DNA from: a virus
Lineage: Duplodnaviria > Caudoviricetes
Virus record (IMG/VR): IMGVR_UViG_3300028886_000084
Coordinates: 7,715-71,714 of that record
Strand: one strand, 5' to 3'
DNA: 64,000 nt
The notes below the pieces were generated by a model. That model saw nothing but the letters and a program-made list of their open reading frames with translations, made no database searches and was not told where the DNA came from. The translations under genes were made by a program, and so were the position numbers. This document shows positions 8,388-17,017 of the stretch, piece by piece. Every line of letters starts with the position of its first letter. Position 1 is the first letter of the stretch.

Positions 8388-8746
8388 TTCTTCACCTTCC
8401 TCTTCTTTTTCTTGTTGGCCTTCGCCATATTGACCACATTGCAATCGTCCTTCAGATCCATGAGGATGAGCGTCTTCTTGAAACTGAATGAAGTGGCGTC
8501 GGTCCAGTCTGCGACCGGCTCCTGTGTGGCCTTGTCCATCATCAGATACGATCTCTCGCCGGTGATCTTGTTCTCGGCCAGCACGACCATGTACTTGCCC
8601 TGCAGGGTGAACCCGTCAGTGTTGTATTCATCGAGCTCTCTTTCGTAGATCTGGGTCATATCATTCGTCCACAGTCTCCACTGTGCGTTCTCCGCCACCA
8701 GTGTGCCGTATCCTTTGTCATCATCATCGTCGTCGAAGAATCCCAT
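8384..8746 (-). CDS. hypothetical protein
   Basis: ATG at 8746 (MGFFDDDDDD); basic tail. Confidence 0.7.
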   Translation of the reverse strand: MGFFDDDDDDKGYGTLVAENAQWRLWTNDMTQIYERELDEYNTDGFTLQGKYMVVLAENKITGERSYLMMDKATQEPVADWTDATSFSFKKTLILMDLKDDCNVVNMAKANKKKKRKVKK

Positions 8747-8750
8747 TGTA

Positions 8751-9224
8751 TCACCCGCAGTACCATGTGTGCACTGAGCCACCCTTGATGTAGGATATCA
8801 CGGTGACATCCGATTTTTGGAAGTATTTCACGTTCCCCAGCACCCATGTGACGTTGTCGACCGACTTGGATGACGATGATGCGGTGTAATACTTCAGAAC
8901 GACCGATTCCTTTTCCATGCAGACAGTGTATTTGGCGAAGAGATATTTGCTCGGCAAATAACTGCCTGTGAGGGGATTGTACGAGTATCCTTCGGTCTTG
9001 TAGTAGCTTTCCGGGGTGCCTACCTCGTACACTGTGCCTTTGATGGTCACCTTGCCATGGTTCTCCGTTGCCGCGTTCAGTCTTCCCGAGAATGTGGATT
9101 CGGCATCATCCATGTTGATGAGTGCGACAATCACCACACCGCACAGCATCGCTGCGATGCACACCGCGGCAACGACAGGGAACACACAATCCCAGACCTC
9201 CGGGTCAGTCAACATCCTCATCAC
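8751..9224 (-). CDS. membrane-anchored protein
   Basis: N-terminal hydrophobic helix. Confidence 0.7.
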   Translation of the reverse strand: MMRMLTDPEVWDCVFPVVAAVCIAAMLCGVVIVALINMDDAESTFSGRLNAATENHGKVTIKGTVYEVGTPESYYKTEGYSYNPLTGSYLPSKYLFAKYTVCMEKESVVLKYYTASSSSKSVDNVTWVLGNVKYFQKSDVTVISYIKGGSVHTWYCG

Positions 9225-9483
9225 TCCTTGTCTCGTCCAGATGTTTCAAACTCTCGTTCACCATCTTGTTGATCTCGTCAAAGCTCATGCCAGCCTCGCA
9301 GCCTTTAAGAAAGAGCATGTCCTCCAAGCTGGACAGACCGTGAGGGAAGCAATCCCTCCCGGCTCTCATCAGCTCTTCCGTGAACTCACATGCTGTACAC
9401 TGCTGAAATCTCCATCCGGCGATGCAGGATATGCATTCTGCCCTAGGCAGATTCAGCTCCCCGAAATCTGTATTGAATCTCAT
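9205..9483 (-). CDS. Cys-rich hypothetical protein
   Basis: CISC/CTAC; coupled to the upstream gene. Confidence 0.65.
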   Translation of the reverse strand: MRFNTDFGELNLPRAECISCIAGWRFQQCTACEFTEELMRAGRDCFPHGLSSLEDMLFLKGCEAGMSFDEINKMVNESLKHLDETRSDEDVD

Positions 9484-9920
9484 TTTTCCTCCTCCAGGAT
9501 CTTGGTACTGTGCATCTCTTCTCCGTTGCTGTCCATCACCATCGGCACGGTCTTGACCTTGCAGATGTATCCTTTTTTTGCAAGTAGACAGCGTGCACGT
9601 CCCTCGGTCTCCTCCGAGACCACCAAAGTGTCCCTCTCGTCCATGACCGGTAAGTCGCTGACGTCATATATCGTAGAGTACATCACGGGGCCGAATTCGG
9701 GCCTTATGTCCGAACGCTCAACATACCTCGCCACATCGTCCAAACGTGCCCTGTAGGGCCTTACAGGCACGCTGCGTGAGCTCTGAGCAAGTTCATCAGA
9801 TGTCACCCCGATCACAAGTGCTGCGTTCTTGAACGATGCGATGGTCATCGCAGCGTCCAGAAGCTTCGCATGGCCTTTGTGGAACACGTTGAAGGTGCCT
9901 CCGACCACCACTTGACTCAT
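9480..9920 (-). CDS. coaD: archaeal-type phosphopantetheine adenylyltransferase (HIGH-family nucleotidyltransferase)
   Basis: VVGGTFNVFHKGH, IGVTSDE, VRPYRAR, LVVSEET and MHSTKI match the archaeal/eukaryotic PPAT pattern. Confidence 0.8.
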   Translation of the reverse strand: MSQVVVGGTFNVFHKGHAKLLDAAMTIASFKNAALVIGVTSDELAQSSRSVPVRPYRARLDDVARYVERSDIRPEFGPVMYSTIYDVSDLPVMDERDTLVVSEETEGRARCLLAKKGYICKVKTVPMVMDSNGEEMHSTKILEEEK

Positions 9921-10144
9921 ATTTTCCCCTCCGTATATCTCAGAAGTGCGGTCTCACGGCACTCAAAACCCAGGATTTCGCTTCTTTTGACCAATTTTGC
10001 GGTGGAATTGTCGAATCTTGAGTCGTTGATCTGGATGAAATCCCCTTCATCGTGGATGTCGAGGGAGTTCATGATCATGTTGAACGTATTTTCGGTGACC
10101 TCACAGCAGAGATCGCCGGCCCTGAGGTGCCAAAGTACGTGCAT
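9917..10144 (-). CDS. hypothetical protein
   Basis: ATG at 10144 overlaps upstream TGA. Confidence 0.6.
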   Translation of the reverse strand: MHVLWHLRAGDLCCEVTENTFNMIMNSLDIHDEGDFIQINDSRFDNSTAKLVKRSEILGFECRETALLRYTEGKI

Positions 10145-10674
10145 CAGCTCTTCTCCCATCTGAGTTCCTTGACACATTCGCGGATCGAAAGGGCATAATT
10201 CACTATTCCGGCCTTTTCAAGGTCGTTCGCATACCCTTCAAGCCTCGTCAGAGCGTCTGCGGGGGCATTTTTGGTGCCTGTTTCGAACACGTCGCCGTGT
10301 TTCCAGTACTTTTTGAGTGTTGCAACGGCGGCATCGTGCATGAAACCGGTGATTCCGTAGGTGTCGGCGAGGAAACTGGCCTCGTTGATGATATTTTCGG
10401 TCAAAATGACCCTGTTTTTGATCAGATTCTGCATCAATTTGGCCCAATGGACCATGTAATCGAGCCAAGCCTTCGAATATTCGTCATCTTGGTTGTTCTT
10501 TACGACCTCTTCCCAGTCATTTTGCAGATCTTCTCTTATTTCCAGGGGTTCAAGCAGGTCGATGTACCCAGAAATGCGTTTTTCGAGGTCGGAATATCTG
10601 TCTTCTGCTCTGTGGTACGCTTTTTTCAGTGATTCTATCTCTTTTTCAGTATTCGGCGTAATATTTTTGCTCAT
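10144..10674 (-). CDS. conserved phage hypothetical protein (WAKLM...ADTYGITGFM...YWKHG); first gene of the early array
   Basis: ATG at 10674 downstream of a TATA box; motif seen in phage hypotheticals. Confidence 0.75.
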   Translation of the reverse strand: MSKNITPNTEKEIESLKKAYHRAEDRYSDLEKRISGYIDLLEPLEIREDLQNDWEEVVKNNQDDEYSKAWLDYMVHWAKLMQNLIKNRVILTENIINEASFLADTYGITGFMHDAAVATLKKYWKHGDVFETGTKNAPADALTRLEGYANDLEKAGIVNYALSIRECVKELRWEKS

Positions 10675-10695
10675 TTTTTCACCGAAAAAGAGATA

Positions 10696-10725
10696 GTAGT
10701 ACAAACTATTTAAACTTTGTACTAC
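10696..10725 (-). promoter_or_regulatory. archaeal TATA-box promoter flanked by a 10-bp inverted repeat (candidate operator)
   Basis: GTAGTACAAA-ctatttaaac-TTTGTACTAC; the spacer reads GTTTAAATAG on the minus strand. Confidence 0.75.
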
Positions 10726-10736
10726 AAATGTTCATT

Positions 10737-11513
10737 TCAGAGACCAAGGATGTCATGTATCAGGTTTCTGTACCATCCGATCCCGTCATTGATCGCCAGC
10801 ACCGTGTTCGAAATGCTGCCTGGCCTGTATATGTCCGGCATTTCGCCATGATGACGTATCGATTCCGACGGAAGCATGCACATGTCTAACGTGGTCTCAC
10901 ACAAAAGCCATTTTTCCTCATACATGACCCCTACGGCAACATGTCCGGTGTAGCTGAACAATGCCGCGTCATATCCCATTGCCAGATATATCGACATCAA
11001 TAGTACGGATGTGTCTTCGCAATCCCCTTTTTGAAGAAACAATGTTTCCATCGGCCTGGCAGTGAAGTTGCCGCCATACAGTTCATCATCATATCCATAT
11101 TCCACGGATGTTTGTACGAAATTCAATGCCGCTGTGATCCTTGACAATTCACAATAGCCTTCGGTCACTTCGAGGATGTGTTCCGTCACCATCTTCACGT
11201 ATTTATTGTCAGGATCCACGAGATGCAGCCCCGGGGGATCGAACCATGTGGACAATCTCATCGATCCATCAGACATCGATGCCTTGTATTCATCATACGT
11301 GATACCGAGGTTGATACATTCCTTAACATATGCATCTTGTGCATCATCGTAATGTTCCCAATGTATCGGCGTGGGGTTCGGCACATACGGTGTGACATGT
11401 TCCATCGCGCCGTCGTTGGATATGGACGCAAATATCATCCCCACCCCCATGGATATGGGCGTAAAGAATATGACGGCGAAACAAATGATCAATATCAGTT
11501 TGCGATTAGTCAT
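10737..11513 (-). CDS. membrane-anchored transglutaminase-like cysteine protease
   Basis: N-terminal TM helix; NFVQTSVEY..D, PMETL..KGDCEDTS, GHVAVGV, CETT (Cys-His-acid triad). Confidence 0.8.
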   Translation of the reverse strand: MTNRKLILIICFAVIFFTPISMGVGMIFASISNDGAMEHVTPYVPNPTPIHWEHYDDAQDAYVKECINLGITYDEYKASMSDGSMRLSTWFDPPGLHLVDPDNKYVKMVTEHILEVTEGYCELSRITAALNFVQTSVEYGYDDELYGGNFTARPMETLFLQKGDCEDTSVLLMSIYLAMGYDAALFSYTGHVAVGVMYEEKWLLCETTLDMCMLPSESIRHHGEMPDIYRPGSISNTVLAINDGIGWYRNLIHDILGL

Positions 11514-11697
11514 CCCCTTCCTCATTCATGAGCTCTTCCAACTCATTGATCTCTCTGCGCCATTGTCTGCGCTGTTCCTTTATCGGCGCATATTCCTCTT
11601 CCGTCATTTCGCCTTCCGAATACTTGATCGCCTGATAATCCGTTGAGATGAGGTTGCGTCTTAAGGTCGCTATTCTGTCGCCTGTATCCATATCCAT
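11506..11697 (-). CDS. small tail-fibre-associated (chaperone-like) protein
   Basis: STDYQAIKYSEG...RRQWRREINELE; paralog of 12660..12869; GGTGA SD. Confidence 0.65.
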   Translation of the reverse strand: MDMDTGDRIATLRRNLISTDYQAIKYSEGEMTEEEYAPIKEQRRQWRREINELEELMNEEGDD

Positions 11698-11746
11698 GAT
11701 AATCACCTGACAATATATGTGATGCTCCACGATAATCGACTTTAAA

Positions 11747-12202
11747 TCATATCTCTTCGAGAATGACGTCCCCGAACACGAGGTTATAGTCACTTAGACC
11801 TCCCAATGCCCAACCGCCGTAGTTTCCGCTTTCAGTATAATATCTTCCTAATACAATTAGACTATCGTTGGTAATATAAACCGGCGCACCAAGTCCCATC
11901 TTACCATTATCAACAGTCGCCTGGGGGGTAATAGGGATATACCACCCTGTTGTCGTATTTATAGAGGGTGTTTTAAATGATACTCCTAAAACACTTCCAA
12001 TATTAGACAGACTTGTTAGATAATATGATGAAGTGTCCGTATTTGAATAGATTCTGACACTACCGCTTAAAACTCCTTTTTTTGATGCGATTCTGCGATA
12101 TTGTATGAATCCGCTGATTTGAATGTGATCCCCCCAAGTTGTACTAAATGCTCTGAGTACATCAGGGGGCCCATTCGTCTGTGCATTTGTCTCACCGATC
12201 AT
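11747..12202 (-). CDS. putative receptor-binding/tip protein
   Basis: MIGETN start, beta-rich, AT-rich codon use, located in the fibre cluster. Confidence 0.6.
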   Translation of the reverse strand: MIGETNAQTNGPPDVLRAFSTTWGDHIQISGFIQYRRIASKKGVLSGSVRIYSNTDTSSYYLTSLSNIGSVLGVSFKTPSINTTTGWYIPITPQATVDNGKMGLGAPVYITNDSLIVLGRYYTESGNYGGWALGGLSDYNLVFGDVILEEI

Positions 12203-12663
12203 ATCCTTCCGCCTCCGAGATATATGACATTGAGATAACTTTCATCAGGAGAGAATTGTGTTACGATCGATGTGGATGTTCCGTTAAGCATCACGCCTAT
12301 CCAATCATTCGCTTCAGCATATACGAACATGGATTCATAACATCCTGCATCATAATCATCATTATTGCATCTGACATTCTGCGCAGTGATAGTGCTGCTC
12401 CCTCTGTTGTGCCTTAGTCCCAATAACATCTCGGCACCTGCACTCCCTCCTCTGAAACCCAGTCCTGCAGACACGATATATAATCCAGAACGTTTAAGTG
12501 TGACACCATTGGTGTGTGCAGTAAAAGTTGAAGAATCCATATTGTCTCTTTGAGTGCATGTGAGATATTTTTGAGTCCATGCCGTATCAAGATGCTGGCC
12601 GTCACTCATGTATGCTCTGTATAACGCATTCAGGCCACCTACTGAATTAGTATTGCCTTTCAT
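12199..12663 (-). CDS. putative C1q/TNF-like fibre tip protein
   Basis: GVTLKRSGLYIVSAGLGF and VYAEANDWIGV resemble a TNF-like jelly roll; MKGNTN start. Confidence 0.55.
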   Translation of the reverse strand: MKGNTNSVGGLNALYRAYMSDGQHLDTAWTQKYLTCTQRDNMDSSTFTAHTNGVTLKRSGLYIVSAGLGFRGGSAGAEMLLGLRHNRGSSTITAQNVRCNNDDYDAGCYESMFVYAEANDWIGVMLNGTSTSIVTQFSPDESYLNVIYLGGGRI

Positions 12664-12869
12664 TCTGAACCCTCCAATTCATTGATCTGTTCTCTCCATT
12701 GCTTACGCTGTGCGATGATGTCAGCATACTTCGTTCTCAATGCGGAACGTTCCTCTTCCGTTTCCGCTTCCATTATCTTCACAACGACCCAGTCCGTTTC
12801 TTTGAGATTGTATCTCGGCAAGGCGGTCTTATATGATGTGCTTGCAGGTTCTTCGAATTGTTCAGCCAT
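12660..12869 (-). CDS. small tail-fibre-associated (chaperone-like) protein
   Basis: LKETDWVVVK...QRKQWREQINELE. Confidence 0.65.
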   Translation of the reverse strand: MAEQFEEPASTSYKTALPRYNLKETDWVVVKIMEAETEEERSALRTKYADIIAQRKQWREQINELEGSE

Positions 12870-12873
12870 ATTA

Positions 12874-15627
12874 TCACACCGTTATGTTATTGAGTACGAC
12901 CCAATGGTCGCCGCCATTGGCATCCAGAACATTGACCTCGATACGCCTTGAACCCTGTGCATCATATGTCATTCTGAGTTCACCAATTGTTTGATTATTC
13001 TTATCACAGAAAGAATATCCTGCACTATAATATGTACTGGGTCTGTATCTTCTATCCATGTCATAATTCTTGACCCTCATCGTGTACGGTCCGAAATACT
13101 TTATGCCTTCGACTCCCTGGATCGTATTCTGGTCGATTAATTCCGACCAATAATATGTGCCGTTTATCGCACCGTCTTTTGATACGACCTGACTTCCATC
13201 ATTACTTATCTGCACATTGAGAGAGATCCAATTATTTACGTCCTTGACCGTTTTCATCGACATCCTATTGGCTCCATCAGTAAAGAGTGTGTGGTGGACA
13301 GTACCCAATTCGATATTATCCTTATCCACAAAATAAAGAACGGTGTTGGTCTCTGTTGACGGGACGACCCCTCTTGTCTTACGTGTATCGAGCAGATGGA
13401 CACTCGCACCATCTAATGTTGCAAACCACTTGTGTCCATATATCGTTTGATCTCCCTGTGTACTGACCAGATCGTTTGCAACAGCTACTGCCTGACCATT
13501 CACGATCTTGATCGGTTTGGTATCCGAGCCTGCATTCTCACTTGTCGATAAGGATATAAGTGTGTCACTATAATACAACTGGAACCCTGCCTGACATGTT
13601 GCGGGCGAGATGCTGTTCCTCGCATAGATATATATGACATCCGCCCCGGTATCGCAGATCGAAGACCACAGTCCGGATGAGGCGTCGGCTGATCCGAAGG
13701 TCACATCTGCCGTGCTCTGTACGGTCGCACCGGCACACGGGAACGAATATTTGTACGGGTATCCGCTTATCTCCGTGTCCGTTGAACTCACAAGTGTCAA
13801 TTGTCTTGTGGTCACCTCAGATGCCACCGGTTGTCTTGTGTAATCGATGTATGATGCACCGATGATGATCGTCGGGATCACTTGGGTGCCGACATTGGTC
13901 TTGGCATAAAGATATATCTTCCCGGCATCAGTCACACAGAACGGTGCATAATCACCTGATGATGATTGTGTACCCGAATAGATCGCAGTTGCATATGATG
14001 ATGCCGTGACATTAGGCTGTGTGACCGTGGCACGGTATGGATATTCTGACGAATAACTGTCTGAATTGGACACGAAAGATACTGATGTGTCCGTGAGCGC
14101 AGTATACCCTGATCCTCCACCGACTGGCTTTCCGTCAATGTGTGTCAGTTTGCCGTTGGCGTCGAGCGTGTATGCTGGCGCTGAGATCGCATTGAATGAA
14201 AAATTCGTAGGTACTTGTGCGGTCGAACCGCTATAATATGGATCGAGTGTGCCGAATGGGATATATGTGTATCCCGCTTCCATCGACAAGGTTACATTAC
14301 CATCACACACGAAGTACCCGTCAGCATCCAATGAACCTCTGACATAGAGTGTCTTCCCCCCGTCGCTTGTCGTAAGCGTGGGCATTGTGAAGCCATTATA
14401 AGAGGATGATGTGAGATTTGAAACGTATAGATCATAAGTGGATGTGTATCCTTCGGCGGTCGTTGTACCTGCTCCGTACCCTGTCCCCCAATACATACTG
14501 ATGGGCAATGGGAATTTCTTGGTGCTCGTGTTTATCTTGTACGCCACACCTGTGTGGTCAACTGCCATTAACCTATTCGTATCCGATTCCCCGACACGGA
14601 AATACATCTGTTTCGTTCCACGGGTGTAATTGGAACTCGTTGCTGAACTCGCACTACCACGTATGTTTCCTACCGCAGTTCCCGTCCACATCAACGGATA
14701 ACTGCTCGAATAATCGCCTATTAACAATGATTGAGCCACTGTGTTGGTGGTCGTCGATGCCGACATCGTTGCTGGTATCGTGTAAGGCACATCGGCTTCC
14801 AACATCTCGATGATGAAGTTCGTAGATGCTCTGCTTGTTGTAAATCCTATGAAATAATTACCCGTATCGAGATACGTATTTGAACTTGGATAAAACGCAT
14901 AGATAATCTGAACAATATCGTATGTTGTTGACGATTTACTGTTCTGTACCACTATCGTTGCGGTACGATATGAATAATTAATGGTGAACTCATTATCGGA
15001 CGGATACGCATCCTGTAATTTCGACCTTACTCTGAATCTGAAATGAGCCAGATAACCATTCGCCTTATAATCGGATGCATTGAACTGAATGAGTGTGCAA
15101 ATGGTCGATGTGTCTGAATATGTTGTGCGCTCATAGACTGCAGGTTTATCTGCTTTGGTATCCAATGCACTGATCTTCGCATAGTTGGTCTTGATCCTCA
15201 CACCGTCTTCGTCACGTATTGCTGAATCGACTTGTATTTTGGCATCGGTGTAGGATAGTGGGCGATAATTGACTGGCATTACCTCCCCAACCGTATAATA
15301 TATGACATCATTTGTGGCTTCTCCATATGGATCAAGCAGAGCTAATTCAAAAGCACCTGTTCTGGTATTGTAATTTAAGGGCCCCCATGACCCCGATGTT
15401 GCAGTCTGCGTCTGATTAGGGGAAGATGCGTAACCATCTATCTTCAAATCGGTACTGAACATCCTACTCCACGAAGATACAGAAGATTCGTTCGCCCCTT
15501 GACCAATCACAGGATAACCATTATCGTCAAGTTTTGTGAAGTAGAATCCATCTACGCCCCAACTCATAAGACTTTTACTGCAAAGTAACGTCTGTCCATC
15601 GTTTGAATATATTTTTAACGATGCCAT
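12874..15627 (-). CDS. tail fibre / receptor-binding protein (about 917 aa)
   Basis: S/T/G-rich, fibre repeats (QGDQTIYGHKWF), QVDSAIRD motif, internally duplicated modules. Confidence 0.8.
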   Translation of the reverse strand: MASLKIYSNDGQTLLCSKSLMSWGVDGFYFTKLDDNGYPVIGQGANESSVSSWSRMFSTDLKIDGYASSPNQTQTATSGSWGPLNYNTRTGAFELALLDPYGEATNDVIYYTVGEVMPVNYRPLSYTDAKIQVDSAIRDEDGVRIKTNYAKISALDTKADKPAVYERTTYSDTSTICTLIQFNASDYKANGYLAHFRFRVRSKLQDAYPSDNEFTINYSYRTATIVVQNSKSSTTYDIVQIIYAFYPSSNTYLDTGNYFIGFTTSRASTNFIIEMLEADVPYTIPATMSASTTTNTVAQSLLIGDYSSSYPLMWTGTAVGNIRGSASSATSSNYTRGTKQMYFRVGESDTNRLMAVDHTGVAYKINTSTKKFPLPISMYWGTGYGAGTTTAEGYTSTYDLYVSNLTSSSYNGFTMPTLTTSDGGKTLYVRGSLDADGYFVCDGNVTLSMEAGYTYIPFGTLDPYYSGSTAQVPTNFSFNAISAPAYTLDANGKLTHIDGKPVGGGSGYTALTDTSVSFVSNSDSYSSEYPYRATVTQPNVTASSYATAIYSGTQSSSGDYAPFCVTDAGKIYLYAKTNVGTQVIPTIIIGASYIDYTRQPVASEVTTRQLTLVSSTDTEISGYPYKYSFPCAGATVQSTADVTFGSADASSGLWSSICDTGADVIYIYARNSISPATCQAGFQLYYSDTLISLSTSENAGSDTKPIKIVNGQAVAVANDLVSTQGDQTIYGHKWFATLDGASVHLLDTRKTRGVVPSTETNTVLYFVDKDNIELGTVHHTLFTDGANRMSMKTVKDVNNWISLNVQISNDGSQVVSKDGAINGTYYWSELIDQNTIQGVEGIKYFGPYTMRVKNYDMDRRYRPSTYYSAGYSFCDKNNQTIGELRMTYDAQGSRRIEVNVLDANGGDHWVVLNNITV

Positions 15628-15629
15628 AA

Positions 15630-16640
15630 TCAATCAACCTCTGTGAGTTGGAATGTACTTCCTACTATGAACGGGTTACTGCCTGCTGTAACATGTCCAT
15701 ATGTATTAACGGTTACGGACTGATATGTACCAGCAGTCACGCCCGAGGTGGCATGTGTTATCGTGCCCGATGTTGTGATCGGTCCGCCTGTGAGTTCTGC
15801 ACCCGTTGCTACATTGGTGACCGTACCTGACGGCTCGTCTCCTGAGGGGATCAATACCCATTCCGACCCTGTGGAAATGAATGTGTCACCCACTTTCGCA
15901 CTCTGCGATGCATATGTACCGGCAGTGATCACCTTGTACACATAACCTTCATTGCTCGCCGCAGCAGTGGGCAGTGATGTGATCGTACCTCCCGTACCCA
16001 GTGTCCCTTTGAAGAGCATGGGTTCGGGGAGATTGTCAATGGCTGTCTTGACGAATGCTGTGGTAGCGATCTGCGTGGTGTTCGTGCCTGCCGTTGCGGT
16101 CGGTGCCGTGGGCGTGCCGGTGAGTGCAGGAGAGGCAAGAGGAGCCTTGAGGTCGATCCCAAGGTCTGTGATGACATCTGCTTCAGCGCGAGTCTTCAGC
16201 CACCCCGTCGTCGAATTGGTATCCAACCCCACATAGCGATATAATTTACCTGACGCATTCCTTGCAACACCGAGTTTCCAATCGTTAAATATGATATTGT
16301 TGGATGTGATACCGTTCGTACCTGTAAGTGTTAAACTTCCTGTTAAGGTACCCCCAGACAAGGGGAGATATCCTTCCATCCCTTTCTCCAGCTTGCCTAT
16401 CGCCCCGTTGATCGTGTCGGCAGCTGCTATTGCAGATGTGGAAGAGGGTTTGCTGTAACCAGTGAGTGCTATATCTGCACCGTCAAGGACGACTGCTCCT
16501 GTCTCAGTGTTGACCGATGTGACGGGTGCAGAGGTCAGATATGTATCTGCTATGACCCTTCCAGTGCCGTCCCTGATGGCACTCTCCACCTGCACAGGTT
16601 TGTTGTCGTATGTGATCTTCTTCGCCGCTGTATTCGCCAC
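15630..16640 (-). CDS. tail fibre protein
   Basis: VTSVN, YLPLSGGTLTG and APLASPALTGTPTAPTA...TQIATTAFV fibre motifs. Confidence 0.85.
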   Translation of the reverse strand: MANTAAKKITYDNKPVQVESAIRDGTGRVIADTYLTSAPVTSVNTETGAVVLDGADIALTGYSKPSSTSAIAAADTINGAIGKLEKGMEGYLPLSGGTLTGSLTLTGTNGITSNNIIFNDWKLGVARNASGKLYRYVGLDTNSTTGWLKTRAEADVITDLGIDLKAPLASPALTGTPTAPTATAGTNTTQIATTAFVKTAIDNLPEPMLFKGTLGTGGTITSLPTAAASNEGYVYKVITAGTYASQSAKVGDTFISTGSEWVLIPSGDEPSGTVTNVATGAELTGGPITTSGTITHATSGVTAGTYQSVTVNTYGHVTAGSNPFIVGSTFQLTEVD

Positions 16641-16644
16641 ATCA

Positions 16645-17013
16645 TCACCATGCCGTGACCCTTACTGTCCATGTCTGTGCCGGATCTATCGCGGTAGGGT
16701 AGATCGTGATCCTGCTGTTCGTCAGATCGATCGTGACATCAGTCTGTATCTGATTGCCTGACGGATCGTAGATCTCCACCTGACGAGGTATCCTTGCTAC
16801 TGTGCTATGACCTTCTATGCCATCCCATGAATTGCCGAGTGCCAGATCAGCGAATGATTTGTGATATTGCTGACTTGTACTCACTGCCACGGTATATTCG
16901 GCGTGCCTCACACACTCAGTACTGATCACAACACCGGTGCCATCCCTCACAGCACTCTCGACCTGTACAGGGTTTCCGTCATATGTTATCTTCTTCGCTG
17001 CCGTGTTCGCCAT
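16645..17013 (-). CDS. tail-associated protein, N-terminal paralog of 15630..16640
   Basis: MANTAAKKITYDGNPVQVESAVRDGTG. Confidence 0.75.
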   Translation of the reverse strand: MANTAAKKITYDGNPVQVESAVRDGTGVVISTECVRHAEYTVAVSTSQQYHKSFADLALGNSWDGIEGHSTVARIPRQVEIYDPSGNQIQTDVTIDLTNSRITIYPTAIDPAQTWTVRVTAW

Positions 17014-17017
17014 GGTA

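Noticed and set aside
257-8390. Regularly recurring junction motif as a CRISPR array
   Set aside because: The repeats are about 12 nt and degenerate, the spacers are 140-560 nt intact ORFs, and there are no cas genes.
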